Shown here: piece by piece, positions 34,658 to 47,815 of the stretch
Position numbering within the stretch: position 1 is the first letter of the stretch
Layout: each line of letters begins with the position of its first letter
DNA from: Paraspadella gotoi
Lineage: Eukaryota > Animalia > Chaetognatha
DNA: 64,000 nt
Direction: 5' to 3'
NCBI GenBank assembly: GCA_051294375.1
Contig: CM119268.1
Coordinates: forward strand, 12,655,770 to 12,719,769
Position numbers and translations under genes: made by a program
Notes under the pieces: model-generated
Told to the model about the DNA's origin: nothing
What the model saw: only the letters and a program-made list of their open reading frames with translations
Database searches by the model: none

Positions 34658-37105
34658 CTCTCTCCTCCTTCTCTCTCTCTCTTCTCTTCTCTCTCTCTCT
34701 CTCTCTTCATTTGCTTTTTTTTTTCGGATTAAATAGCAAGAGATATTTATCGCTCTTTTTCGTTCTTCTTTCCCCGTTGTAAATTTCCATTCTCCCCCCT
34801 CGACCCCTTTTCGCCCCAACGCCCAGAACGACGTCTCCAACCTCGCCAATTGGCTCCTCCAACGAATCCTCCAACCCGCCATGGCCAAACTCCCTCAGCT
34901 GCGGATGTTAGAGAACCTGACGCTGCAGCAGGCGGAGTGTCAGACGACGCCGCAGCACAGCTTCGAAGTCGCCGGCGTCGACATCTTCTTCTTCTGTCTT
35001 CTCGGCCTCGTTGTCGTCTTCGTCGTCCTCGGCACCACTTACGATTACCTCGTCGACGAAATCAAGGTTAATGAAGCTGGGGAAATTCATGAGGTTGTTG
35101 CATTTTTCTTTTCAATACGCAAATTACAATATCGATAATGGAATAAAACGTTAACGTTATGAAAATACATCTATAGTGGAGGAACTTATGTATATTGAAT
35201 GATATGCAGTTGGTTTTTCCTCATGATAAGTGCTCACTGAGTAAAAGAAGTTACCAAGAAAGTTATTATAAATACTTTAAACTGCTACAATATGCAAATG
35301 AGAGAAACTCATTTGAAATGAAATACAGTTGCAACAAATCGAGAAATTTCTCTCTCATAATCATTTCAGCTGTTTTCGTGGGAAGGCGAGGAATTCAACA
35401 TTCTCGACGAGGAAAACGTTGACGGCATCAAAACTGGAATTCCGAAAAAGAAAGAAGAAAAGAAAAAAAACATTTTCGTCAGGTTTATCCTTTGCTTTTC
35501 CTTCTTGACTAACGGAAGGAAAATTTTGTCTCTCGGTAAATTTGGCTGATTTGTTGATTCATTGGCAGATTGAAAGATTTATAGATTAGTAGATTAACAA
35601 AAATATTTTTTTTCCTGATGATTTGTTTGATTGAATGTTCGATTAATCAATTGATTGATTGATTGATCGATCAATCGATTAATCGATTGATTGATTGTTT
35701 TATTGATTTATTGATCTAATAAAAATTTTAACAAATTTGTCTCCTCTTAACAAACCCATCCCAAGCCCCAGCAACGGACAACGTGGGCTGCATCAACGGT
35801 CTCCGCTTCCTCTCGCTGACCTGGGTGATCCTGGGTCACAATTTCGTCTTCCTCACTGGCTCAATGGCCAACCCCCTCTACGCTCTCACCCAGCTGCCCA
35901 AGCGCGTCTCCTTCCAGCCCATCATCAACGGGACCTTCTCCGTGGACTCTTTCTTCGTGCTCAGCGGACTCTTGACGGCCTACTTGTTCTTCAAGCGAAA
36001 CATGGACAAGGAGGAGTCGCCCAAACAGATCGCCAAGACGGTAAGGTGGAGGACGAAGCGAAGGGGTCTAGTTTTTTTGGGGGGGGGATATTAATATTTT
36101 TTTTATTATTTTTGGATATTATTTTAAAAGTCTGGATAGTTTTGTAAGGCATTTTAAAAATGATAGAAAAAATTGAAAATCAAATCGTTCATTTTGGATC
36201 GTTTTGAACACCATCGTGTTTTGACGATTTTTGTGTCCGAGTTCATTTTCAAACCATTTGTTCATGATGGAATAATGGTTAAAAAAAAAGACGTGAAAAT
36301 GTACGACAAAAAAACCCACGAATCAGATCGGCTTGATGAACCTCCACCGCTACCTGCGCCTCACTCCCGCCGTGGCCTTCCTCATGGGCTGCAGCATGAT
36401 CTTTCCGATCTACATGGCGTCGGGTCCGATGGGGACTTCCGCCACTACCGTCTCCGGCAACTGCGACCTCTGGTGGATGAACATGCTCTACATTAACAAC
36501 TTCAAGGTCGAAGCCATGCAATGCGTCGGTCACGTGTGGTACCTTGCCAACGACATGCAGTTCTTCATACTTTCGCCCATCTTCTTATACGCCTTCAAGG
36601 TTAGATTTCAATTCTGAAAGTTTTGTTTTTTGGTCGGTCCGTTCGTCAATCTTTCTGATAATCGAAAATAATTTACATGATATAAAGCTTATTTCATTTA
36701 TATCACTTGGCAGATAGAATAATTAATACATGGGATGCCTGATACGCATGAATTACTGTTAAATCTTGAAACCTTATTAAATAAAAAGTATTGTTAATAT
36801 TTAAGTACATTATTTTTTTTACATCCACATTAATTTATTTATTATCTAACAATCATTATTAGAATATAATTCTTAAATTAAACCCTTATTTCTAGTTCCA
36901 CGAGATTCTGGGTTTCGCCGTGACGAGCCTGTTTTGGGTTGTGAGTCTTTGCACCACATTCACCATTGCTTACGTCAACAAATACGGAATCATGGACTTG
37001 GACATGGCCAACGACATGGATGACGTCTACATCAAACCATGGTGTCGCATCGGCCCATATCTTGCCGGAATTTTGGCCGGGTGAAGGAGGGGAAATCAAG
37101 GGGAG

Positions 37106-37169
<64 letters not shown>

Positions 37170-37950
37170 CTCATGCGAATGCTTGTTTGATTGCGAGTAT
37201 TTTCGAGGGAAAAAGTCTCGACTCTTGAGAAAAACAAAGAAAAACAATTTCTCTTCCTGCCTCTTGCACTCATCCCTCCTTTAATTTATTTGTTTCCTTT
37301 TCTTTCTTCGTTCCTCCAAATACTTCCTTCCTTTTTCTCTTTTTATATTCATCCTCAAAACTGCTTCGTCCTTCTCTTTTCTCCTTTCTTTTTCTTTCTC
37401 CTCTTTCTTTTCTCATTTCCTTCCTAATTCTTTTATATCCTTCCATCCTTCATTTCCGACGTTTTTTTTTCTTTTCTCCTTTTTTCTCCTCCTTTTCCCT
37501 TCTCTCTTTTTCTCTTTCTCCATTTTTCTCCTCCTTTTCCCTTCTCCCTTTTTCGCTTACTCCCTTTTTCTCTTTCCTTTTTACTTTTCTCCTTTCTCCT
37601 CCTCCTTTTCCCTTCTCTCTTTTTCTCTTTCTCCCTTTTTCTCTTTCCTTTTTACTTTTCTCTCACATCCTTCTCCTTTTTTTCTCTCTCCTTTTTCATC
37701 TTCATTCTCTCCGCAGATACATGATGTACAAGTTCAAGAGAGATAACTTGAAGCTTCGTTGGCCGGTCGTGTTGGGCGGATGGATCGTCGCCGCTCTGTT
37801 CGCCCTCTCCGTCACTTACGGGTTGTCGGGTCATTATCAGAACGGAACCAAGCCCTCCTTTACAGAAAACGTCTTGTACCTGACCTTTTCAAGGTATGCC
37901 GGCCTTGGTAGGGGCGAAAATGATGAAAGAAAAGTACAGACTGACGATAT

Positions 37951-38019
<69 letters not shown>

Positions 38020-38721
38020 CCAGGTCGATCTGGGGAGTGGCAGTGGCCTGGGTGGTTTTCGCATGTTCGACAGGCTACGGCGGACCGATCAACACCTTTC
38101 TATCCTGGTCAGCGTTTGCTCCCGTCAGTCGTATGAACTACTCAGCATATTTGTATCATATTCTTGTGATCCAGGTAACTATGTACTTTGTAACTATGTA
38201 TTTTTATAGTATTGTATTGTATTGTTTTTTTTTTTGGCTTCTTGTGTGACTCAATAAAACACTTTTGGGTCGGTCCGTCTCTTTGCAGATTAAGATAATG
38301 ATTTTTTTGTTTTAAAAAGTAAGCAAAATATTTTTATTTTTATGTTTATTAAAATAAGAATGAAAATTGAAACTAAAAACTATATGCATCATTAAAAATT
38401 ATTTTTACAGATATCATCTCAAGTAAATATTTTTCGTATTAGTCAGGACTGATTCGATGCTGGAAAGCGTTTTATTGTCAAATATCAAATATCAAATATC
38501 AAATACGTTCGACTATTAATCCAAGCCAACACCCTTCAATGGCCACATCCTTACTCCTCCAGATCGCGACCCTCTGCTTCCGCGACACTTTCGTCTTCAG
38601 CGACTCTCTCTTCATCGTCTTCTACGTGGGCATCCTCGTCATCTCCTACGGAGTCGCCTTCCTCGCATCTCTCCTCTTCGAGTCGCCCTTCATCGGGATT
38701 GAGAGGATCATTTTCAAGTAG
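33287..38721 (+). CDS. nrf-6: Nose resistant to fluoxetine 6 (NRF-6)/OACYL-like membrane acyltransferase (NRF domain plus acyltransferase 3)
   Basis: join(33287-33705, 33963-34111, 34375-34526, 34827-35066, 35370-35535, 35766 or 35772-36040, 36327-36599, 36896-37080, 37717-37893, 38024-38174, 38563-38721). Signal peptide; MLDSFGRP, WTGNFDECL, CFSFLTNGRKIL, INGLRFLSLTWVILGH, SVDSFFVLSG, HRYLRLTP, WYLANDMQFF, YIKPWCRIGPYLAG, YSAYLYH, FESPF. Confidence 0.95.
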
Positions 38722-38919
38722 AGGGGGGAGGAAGAGGAAGAGGAGGAGGAAGAGGAGGAAGAGGAGGAAGAGGAGAGGGAGAAAGTAAGAGGGAGAGAGA
38801 GAGTGGAGGAAGCTACGAAGCTGGATGCATGACAGAAATGTTCCGTGCAAAAAAACAACTGTGATTCGCCGCCGAACTAGGGATTAATTGTTATTTATAA
38901 AATATATAATTAGTTTGAG

Positions 38920-39055
38920 TTTGTTTACAAACAACGATTTTATTGTGAAACAAATAACGAACATGTTTCGACTTACTTCAGCTGATGAAGACTTACAAGT
39001 AAGTCGATACATGTCCGTTATTTGTTTCTTAATAAAATCGTTGTTTGTAAACAAA
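38920..39055 (+). mobile_element. Penelope-like inverted terminal remnant containing a minimal hammerhead ribozyme core
   Basis: 59-bp arms (38920-38978 / 38997-39055) in inverted orientation. Core CTGATGA-A-GACTTAC-AA-GTAAGTC-GA(T)AC-AT-GTC at 38982-39015; the opposite arm preserves GAAAC. AATAAA at 39031. Confidence 0.75.
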
Positions 39056-41552
39056 AATACCAAATTTTCCTCTCAAAATAATTCTAAAACGCAACGAAAA
39101 AAAGCATTCACACTATAAAATATCTACAAGTTAATTCTGAAAAGTACGTACAAAGCACTTTTGACTAGATCCGCGATTTCATTATAGATTTTATGTCCGC
39201 TAAAGTAAATCTGTTTAGGAATGTCATTGGTATATTGAAAATGTAGAGTAAATTAAACTTACATTTTTTTTAACTTGGCGAATTAAATATTTATTACTTA
39301 ATTTTTTGCTGTAACGTGAAATGTTCACAATACTTTTTAATTGTGCGACGATGAAGAGCAGAAATCTGCTCAACAATCTCCGTATTTATTTTCACAAAAA
39401 TTTGTTGTGAAAAAAACAAACAAATTTTTTCTAATCGTTCACTGGAAATTGTGAATTTTTGGTGCCGACAGTAGTAATCGATTTCATTTTAATATTAAAA
39501 CGTGATATTTGTTGATTTTGTATTAATCCAAGAATAAATTGATTGAATAAAAAAACTTTTCATTTCGATGTTGGTTTTCATTTTAAAAAAATCTAATAAA
39601 AATTGAAAAATGTAAAAAGTAAAAAGTCACAATTATATTGATGCGTTAAAAAACAAAGCAAATACCATGGTAACAGAATTCAACGTAAAATTACTTTTTT
39701 TTCTTGTCCAAGCATAAACAAGCTCTAAAATTGACGTTCATAAAAATTGAATTGAATAATATAAAAAAAGTAAGTTTTTCAGCGTTTTGTTAAAGACGAA
39801 TGTTGTGACTTTCAAAAGTAAGTTGACCTTGAGGCTCTCGTGAATTAGGGAAGGCGTTCGAGGCTCCGTCGCGTTCGCCCGATCAATCACCGCCAAAGGT
39901 AAGTGAGTGTGACAGGAAAGGACGCGAAAGAAAAGAGAGGGTAAGTCTCACGGGAATAAAGCAGAGAGAGAGCGAGAGAGAGAGAGAGTGGTGACGTTGC
40001 GTTTATCCACGCTTCATCATCCTTTGGGTGGAAACGGATGAAGGTCACCAGTTGGTGGAGGGGGGCAGGGGGCTGCAATGGACAGAGGTGAGTGATCGCC
40101 TTGCAAGAAGATACAATTTCGATGGTTTATACAATATAATTATAAGTTTATTATTCAACCTTTGGTTTAATTTGTGTTTTAATTTCGCCTTCCTAACTAA
40201 AGCGGAGAATAATTAGTAAAAAAGGTTAAGTTCGCACGGGAAGATAAAAGGCCAAGAACCGAAGTAGGGACTAGCGGTGCCCACCCAACAGAAAATCATA
40301 ATCTTTATTTCATTTTCTATTCGGTTTCGATATTTCGGACCAAACACTAAAATCCGGTTACGAATCGTCAGAAGGTCACCCACCCTTTTGGGCGGCGTCG
40401 TAGTTAACGTCAGCACGCGACCCAAGCAACCACGGCAAAGGTGACAACATCGGTGACATACAGCGACCCAAACGTCTACGAAAAGCGAAGAGAAGTGAGA
40501 TGAAAAGAAATTCAGTGACTCTTAATGCAGTTAGCCTATTCAGTCTGATAATCTAGATTTTAAAGTCGGAACGAGAGAAAACTTGTTTCGGCAATTATTA
40601 CTGCTTGTAAAATTTCAGAGAACATACAAGTAACAATGACAAAATTCAGGATTCGTTACTTCCTATTACAAGTTAATCTCTGCAGTAATGAATTTTCGTT
40701 CCCTTACCAAGAGACACGTTCAGTAATCGTTCGGTGAATGGAGGAGAGATTCGTCAGGATTTCTCTGATTGGTCGTTCGAGGCTCGGATCTGGTTTATCC
40801 AGTTGGTCGAGTTTGATCAAATAAAGTTTTGGTTTCCTCTACGTCGCCCGAGAACAAAGTTTTTGTTGACGCGGACAATAACGACTCGTTTTTTGGGTGG
40901 GCGAAAAAGAGAATGTACCAATCGATATCGTTTACTTTTAAATTTTGTTTTAAAGTTTATTCAAAGAAAAGAAATAAATTTCGGAACTGATATTCTTCTC
41001 ATTTGTTTTTCTCTTATAATTAGTCCAGCTATTGCGGAAACAACACAATCAATCGTTCCTTTGATTCCAGTTTTCTTGTTTTCTGGATCCTATCTTTTTT
41101 TCCTGAATCAAATCTCAGTACAAAATTACAAATTTACATTTTTGTTATGTGTAGATAACGGAATTGAATATTTTTACGTCTAAAAAAAAACATTCACAAA
41201 CTCATTAAATAAAAAGAAGCTAATAATAAAAACCGTCCGGAGGAGGGGGTTCGGCCTAAACGGGTGGAGAGGATTGTAAGCGACTTATCCGACGGAGATT
41301 GGGAAATGAAAGGACTCCGCTGCTAACTTACCGAGCGCCTTTTTTTTTGGGTAAGTACTTTGACATCGTTCTTATTTTAACATTATAATTGTTTATTCAA
41401 TCGATTTCGAAATGTTGCGGGTGGCCCCCCCCCTTTAAGTATTTTATCTTTTCGTTTCTAAATGTTTGTAATTGATTTATCTCGGCCGAAAAAAAAAAGT
41501 TAAAACATTGATGCAACGCGAATATTTTGAATTAAATATATTAACTTTGTCG

Positions 41553-41809
41553 TGTGGCGAATCCTAAATTCGCCTCCCGTATAGATGGTGAAACTCAGCT
41601 CGTCCCATTGGCTTGGACAGCTTAGTACTCGTTCACCAGCCGTGGGTTCCGGGTTCAATCCCATCACGGTCACGCTGGTTAAAGTCTGATGGTGTCGGCA
41701 TAAACACGCCAGTGACATGGGGTGGTCACTACAGGTCCAAATCCCTGAGCGCCAGCTGTTGGGAGATGCCTCACACCGCAGGCATCACACATGTCCCCCA
41801 GTTGCCATA
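41553..41809 (+). mobile_element. Solo LTR of TRIM subfamily B (257 bp)
   Basis: TGTGGCGAAT...GTTGCCATA flanked by a GTCG TSD (41549-41552, 41810-41813). B box GGGTTCAATCCC; colinear with subfamily A. Confidence 0.9.
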
Positions 41810-43631
41810 GTCGATTAATTTAAATTTGTAAATATCAAAATCACTGTTTTTTAAAAATTAGTCAATCGTTAATAATCCGTTAATTCTGCATTATTAAGGA
41901 TTACGGTCGGTCAGTTTAATTTTTTTAAAAATTAATTAAAAAGTTAAAATGATGGTATTTAGCATTAAAATTGTCTCGCCGCTGTACTGCAAATTTTTGA
42001 CCATAAAAACGAAGTGCGTTTGTTGACGATGGAATTGCCCCTTTTTCCCTTGTTGTGCCTTCATTTTTCTTGATTGTCCTTTTCTCTCACTGTCCCGTTT
42101 GCGAGTTAGATTATTATCAAAGATTTAATTAATCTCATTTTTGTGCGACAGTTAAGAAAAAAATGCATTCGACAGGAAATAAAATTGAGCAATTTTACTC
42201 ACGTCCCCTCTGCGCGTTTCGAACGACATTCTTTATTTTTCGTTTTATTCTGTTTTTCATAAAGGCAGTTTGTAAGCGTTACTTACTCCATCTTTTCCGG
42301 TTAAAAGATTCACTGGGAAAAACCCGCTGATAACATCTTGAAGAAGAACAAGAGGATAAAACGTTTCGAGGAGAGTTTCGAGAAATGCTCATAATGGGAC
42401 AAGTCTTAAAATTCAAATACCGTCTCTCTCTCTTTCTCTCTTCTCTCTCTCTCTTCTCTCTCTCGTCGGGTGTGTGTTTACACCCATTCCGCTGTTTCTG
42501 TTTTTTATGTTCACCGTTTTTTTTCTCTCTTTTCATTTCCTCTCTCGATTCTTCACCATATTTTTTTCCGCCGTATCTTTTTTTTTACCTTTGGATTTTT
42601 CTTTACCTCGGTCCTCGCATTTTTGCTTTTTCCGTCGAAAGCTACGGGGAAATCTTTTCTGAACGATTTTCTTTTCTAAACCTGATCAATTTAAATCGCT
42701 TCGAACTTTTAGCAAAAATTAAAACTTGATAATTGATGTTTTACATCAGAGTGAGAAGTTATGAAACCAACTAAACGTAAGAAAAATCGTTATACATTAA
42801 AAAAGAAATAAGTTTTCCTGAAATAATTAAATATTTCGAAATTAGATTTTTGAGCGCCAAAGTTTTTACCGATAAAGAAATACAAGAAGGAAAACGTCAA
42901 CAGAAACCTCAAGGACTCTCTTCGTCGTCGCTGTCGTTCTCGTTGTTGTGGTCGTCTTTATCGTCTTTGTTAAAAAAATTAATAACTCTGCTCACGATTT
43001 TCGCTTTTGTTTCATTTTCTCAACTCTTTCTCTCTTAACAGTCAACCTGCTTTTCTTCTTTCCCTGATTTCCAGAGTGAGAGAGAGAGAGACAGAGACAG
43101 AGATGGTGGGAAGAGAGCGAAAGCGAGGGAGAGAAGTCGGAGAGAGATCGCGAGAAAGAGCACCGCGTTCCTCTTGCGAAAGGCGGTTCTCATTGTGATT
43201 CCGCCAGAGGCGCTGGCGCTGTCACAAACCGACGCTCGGCTGTGACTCTTAGCGACGAATGCGAACGAGTTTGACTTTTAGTGTTGACCTCCGCCATTTT
43301 GGTTTCTCGATTTTATTCCGCGCCGTGGCCGGCGTGGTCGGCGTGGCCTTTTCCGTCGACTGGTTAGTGGTTACAGTTTCGTGTCTCGACCTTTCCGATG
43401 GTTGAGGGGTTTTTTGGGTTCGTTAAAAATGATGCTTGGTTGAATCGTTACAAGGTCCAGAAACGCCGAATGCTCGTCCTCTATTGATTGAAAATCCAGG
43501 GTTTGACCATATCGGACATACTTTAAACTCTTTTTCTTTATTTCTTTGCGCCCATAAATATAAGTTATTTCATTAGCTTTTGGCTTCGATTTTTTTTCAA
43601 CAATTTTGTATGAAATTAAATTGGTATAACC

Positions 43632-43725
43632 AATATAAAAATTATCTATTCAATTAATAAATAAGCTAACTTGCCCCTGACTTTGGACAGGCTTTGGTGG
43701 TTTAAGGCCTCCATCACTCTTACTA
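43632..43725 (+). repeat. Dispersed repeat of unclassified family
   Basis: AATATAAAAATTATC...CTTGCCC..GACTTTGGACAGGCTTTGGTGGTTTAAGGCCTCCATCACTCTTAC recurs at ~59105-59196; partial copy at ~43892-43935. Confidence 0.7.
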
Positions 43726-46700
43726 CATAATGACATAGCAGATCCCTGCGAGCTTTCAATCAAGACTCTCTCACAGTCTCGTTTATGTACTCCCAGAGTA
43801 TGAATGTTAAGTATTAGATCGAGGAATACTATTTTGTACTCTGCCCAGCATCAAAATTCAAGGAGCTGAATTTTATGAAATTGGTACAAGCAATATAAAA
43901 ATTATTCATTCATTTGGGACAAGCTTTGGTGGTTATATAATAATAATGCTTTCTTTTTCGTTAAGTGTTGATTTTAGAGAAACTTTTTTACTTTTCTCAA
44001 CCAAGAAATAAAAATTGTTTAAAAAAATTAAAAACTTTCTATCTAAACGTAAGATATGTCATTGTTAATCTATATATCTATAATAATCTTTTAATGTAAA
44101 ATCCTCCTTGACTTGAAATCGCATCGGATGCAGAAAAAAAAAAACGGGAAATAATTACTGTGTGATTCTTGGCAATTTCTCTCCGGATATGTTATTAGAT
44201 TTCGAATGATCCAAACCTTCACATCTAGAAGCGGGGAAACTTGTTTTATCTTTTCGAATTCTTCTTTGATGACTTTTTTACATTTTTTCCCTTTAACTCT
44301 CGATGCTTAGAATCTGGCATCTCTGGTTTTTTAACTTAGATAGTTATATTTTTTTAATTGAAGGCCTTTGTCGGATTTCTCAGCCCACGCAATCAGAAAT
44401 TCTCCTTTAAAATTCTTATAATTCTCAGCCTCTGGACTATCGAAGAAACGGCGTTTTTGAAACGGAAACGCCTTAGTTTACGTACGTTTACATTGATTAA
44501 GCTAAATGACATCTATTTATTAAACATAAACATGCGCTCAAAAAAAAGTTGCCAAGGCACTCTACTCTCAAGTTTCTTGTAATATGGGGAAACTGAGATT
44601 GAAATTATTTTATCAATATGCCAAAGCCCAATTTAACCATCGACTTTCTCTACGCAGCGGGAAAGGAATGATGGATAGCGCCTCTTTTCTCTCTTGCCTT
44701 TTTCACCAATTCAGCAGCAACGGTGATTGCGAAACTCTCTCTCTCACCCTCTCGCTCTCTCTCTCCCTCCTTCTTTCTCTGTTACAACTTTCCTCTAAAG
44801 AAAAACCCGTTTCCATCAAATCGATGTGAGAATTAGTGGCGAAAAAAACGCTGAGTACGATATCGGTCCGAACTCCAATCGGTCAGCGGCAACGACACCT
44901 GGTTTTTTGGAGAGAGAGAGTAGTAACTTTGGAACTCCACCGCCAATGAAGACGAAAAAATCAAAAAGTACGGCGAGGTAATTCGGTTGCGGCCAAAGTT
45001 TAAAACGAATCCACTAAGCGATGCACTTCGAGTCAAGTTACCACCTCCGCATAGACTCAACCATATTGTCTTCTTCTACGTCCCCAACCTTACCTCGTAT
45101 CCCGTGCGCTCCCTTTTGATTCTCGACTCACCCTCTTACCCCGCGGTCTTCCCTCGCGAACATATCGGTGGCTTTCCTTTTCGCCCATGCTGCCTCCCTT
45201 TTTGCCTCCAAAGGGGCTTGTTCCAACAGCAAAAGCCGTTTAGGAAAGTCGCGCGAGTGTGAAATAAATCAGCGTTGGTCGCAGCGGTGACGAAAACTAT
45301 ATTTGCATATTGTCGTCTGGAGAAAACACTGTACATTCGCGCCAAGAAGAAACTAAGTTGGCTAGCGGGTAATGCGTTAGTTGGTAAGTGCGATTTTTTT
45401 TCCGTTTTATCTTTTTTTTTTTCTATGAGGTGGGAAAAGACGAGGGCGATAATGAGAGAATCCCCTTTCTGACGCAGAGTTGAGGGGTTTTTGAGAACCC
45501 ATGTATGTGCGGCGCATATTGTGCGCTACTCTACTAATAATTTATCCCAATTTTCTCACAATTTCTCACAAATAATTTCTCACTGCTCTTCCATTTCTCA
45601 CAATATCGTTTTGACTGCCAGAATATATTTGGTTCCCTTTTCATTGACAGTTCTCGTCCACGTCTGTTTTCTGTCACTTTAGGCATTCCTCCTCAGTTTG
45701 ACCAATGACCATTCACTTCCCTCCTTTACTCAGATCCGCTCCTTTTCTTGCCCGTACTCTGGTCAGCTCGTCCTCTGCCCTTTCTCTTCCCGTTTTTCCT
45801 CGTTATCGAATCCGTATTAAGGAGAATTTTTAGGTTCGTTTCATTAAAAATGGAAGGAAAAAAAATTTTCTCGTATGAAGGCTTTTTTTTTCGTGGCTGA
45901 ATTTGAGAATTTCTGGATCTTCAACCGATATTTTCCTTGATAGTTTTCAATGCCCTACAAAAAGGAATTTTTATATGCTGACAGGCAAAAAATTAAATTT
46001 AAATCACAACAACAACAACGCTTTTCATGGGACCTCCCATGATATTATCCTTGAAACATCTTTTCTTCAACACGTACTCCTTTCATCTCAAATTCATACT
46101 TTGTTCTCTAATCGGTCTCCGTTGAACGATCGACATGGACCCCACCAATCCGGGGAACTTATCCCTCTCCCAACTTTTCTCCCTTACCCACTCGCGGATT
46201 TCCAGTTACGCTGTCGCCTCCTGCGGTTCCATCCTTCGGTTCCATCCGAACTCGGTCCTATTTTTCCATCAATTCTCTCTCTTTTTCTCTCTCTCTTTCT
46301 CTTTTTCTCTCTCACTCTTTCTCTCTTACACTCTCACTCTCTCTCTCGCTCGTTCTTTTTTTCTCATGTCCGATTTTCTTTTCACTGCGGGGGTGAATGA
46401 TTATGCGAGAGAATTGGATTAGTCGTTGGTTTTTACCATTTTTTCGTTGTATTCATTACTGCAGAGAGAAAGCAGACATGTCCTTTTGTAATTTTTTTTT
46501 AAAATTACGTAATGGATATTTTGTTTTTAAAAAAATTCACAAAACAAATCTAATGACTAAATCTCCCGTAAATTTTTTTACCTCTAGTCAGTTTATTATA
46601 CATATTTTTTTATCTATGAAATTTGGTCCCCATCTTTAAATTCCGCACGCGGAGAAGTTTATTTAAAACTGGCGAATACTAGTTAAAATGTATAACAGCT

Positions 46701-46977
46701 AAATGGAATTTAAAAAAAAAAATTAAAGACTCGCGCGTTTCCCTTTTGTTTCGAGATCCCCGCCTCATTGTTTTATCCAAACACTAACAAACAAAAAAAA
46801 AATCCCGGGTCTTGTCCAATCTCTCGGCCATTATCGACCTCTCAACCTCCATCCTTTATTCTTTCTCTTTCCACTTTGTTTGTTTTTGTTTTGTCCTTTT
46901 AATTCCGCTTTTTTTCCTCCTCAAAAAAAAGTGATTCACATGAAATCCTCCTTTTCGTCTTCTTCTTGGCCAACGCT

Positions 46978-46979
<2 letters not shown>

Positions 46980-47025
<46 letters not shown>

Positions 47026-47621
47026 AAAAGAGAAGGGAGGATAGATAGAGAGAGAGAATTCCTCAACGAAAAATAAAAAGAGAGCGAGAGAGCAAGGGAA
47101 GGTCCGAGAACGAGAGAAAGAAAAAAAAGAGAAAAAAAGGAAAGCAAGTAAAAGGAGAGAGAGAGAGAGAGAAAGAAAAAAAAAGAAAGAAGGGAGGGTA
47201 GATGGAGTGATAGAGAGAATTCCTCGACGAAAATAAAAAGAGAGCGAGAGAGCAAGGGAAGGTCCGAGAACGAGAGAAAGAGACAACAGAGAAAAAAAGG
47301 AGAGCAAGTAAAAGGAGAGAGAGAGAGAGAGAGAGAAAGAAAGAAGGGAGGGTAGATAGAGCGATAGAGAGAATTCCTCGACGAAAATAAAAAGAGAGCG
47401 AGAGAGCAAGGGAAGGTCCGAGAACAAGAGAAAGAGACAAAAAAGGAAAGCAAGTAAAAGGAGAGAGAGAAGAGAGAGAGAGAGAGAAAAAAAAAAAGAA
47501 GGGAGGGTAGATAGAGAGATAGAGAGAATTCCTCAACGAAAATAAAAAGAGAGCGAGAGAGCAAGGGAAGGTCCGAGAAAGAGAGAAAGAGACAAAAGAG
47601 AAAAAACGAGATCAAGTAAAA

Positions 47622-47670
<49 letters not shown>

Positions 47671-47815
47671 AGGGAGGGTAGATAGAGCGATAGAGAGAAT
47701 TCCTCGACGAAAATAAAAAGAGAGCGACAGAGCAAGGGAAGGTCCGAGAACGAGAGAAAGAGACAAAAGAGACAAAAGAGAAAAAAAGGAGAGCAAGTAA
47801 AAGGAGAGAGAAAGA
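46980..47815. repeat. Purine-rich tandem repeat, 5 units of ~155-170 bp
   Basis: Core GAATTCCTC(A/G)ACGAAAATAAAAAGAGAGCGAGAGAGCAAGGGAAGGTCCGAGAA at about 47056, 47217, 47371, 47526 and 47697, with variable (AG)n spacers. Confidence 0.9.

Noticed and set aside
41686-41710. Hammerhead core in subfamily B LTR (CTGATGG)
   Set aside because: No CTGATGA, no stem II followed by GAAA, and subfamily A reads GTGACGG at this position.
46980-47815. CRISPR-like array
   Set aside because: Eukaryotic context, homologous low-complexity spacers, no cas genes.
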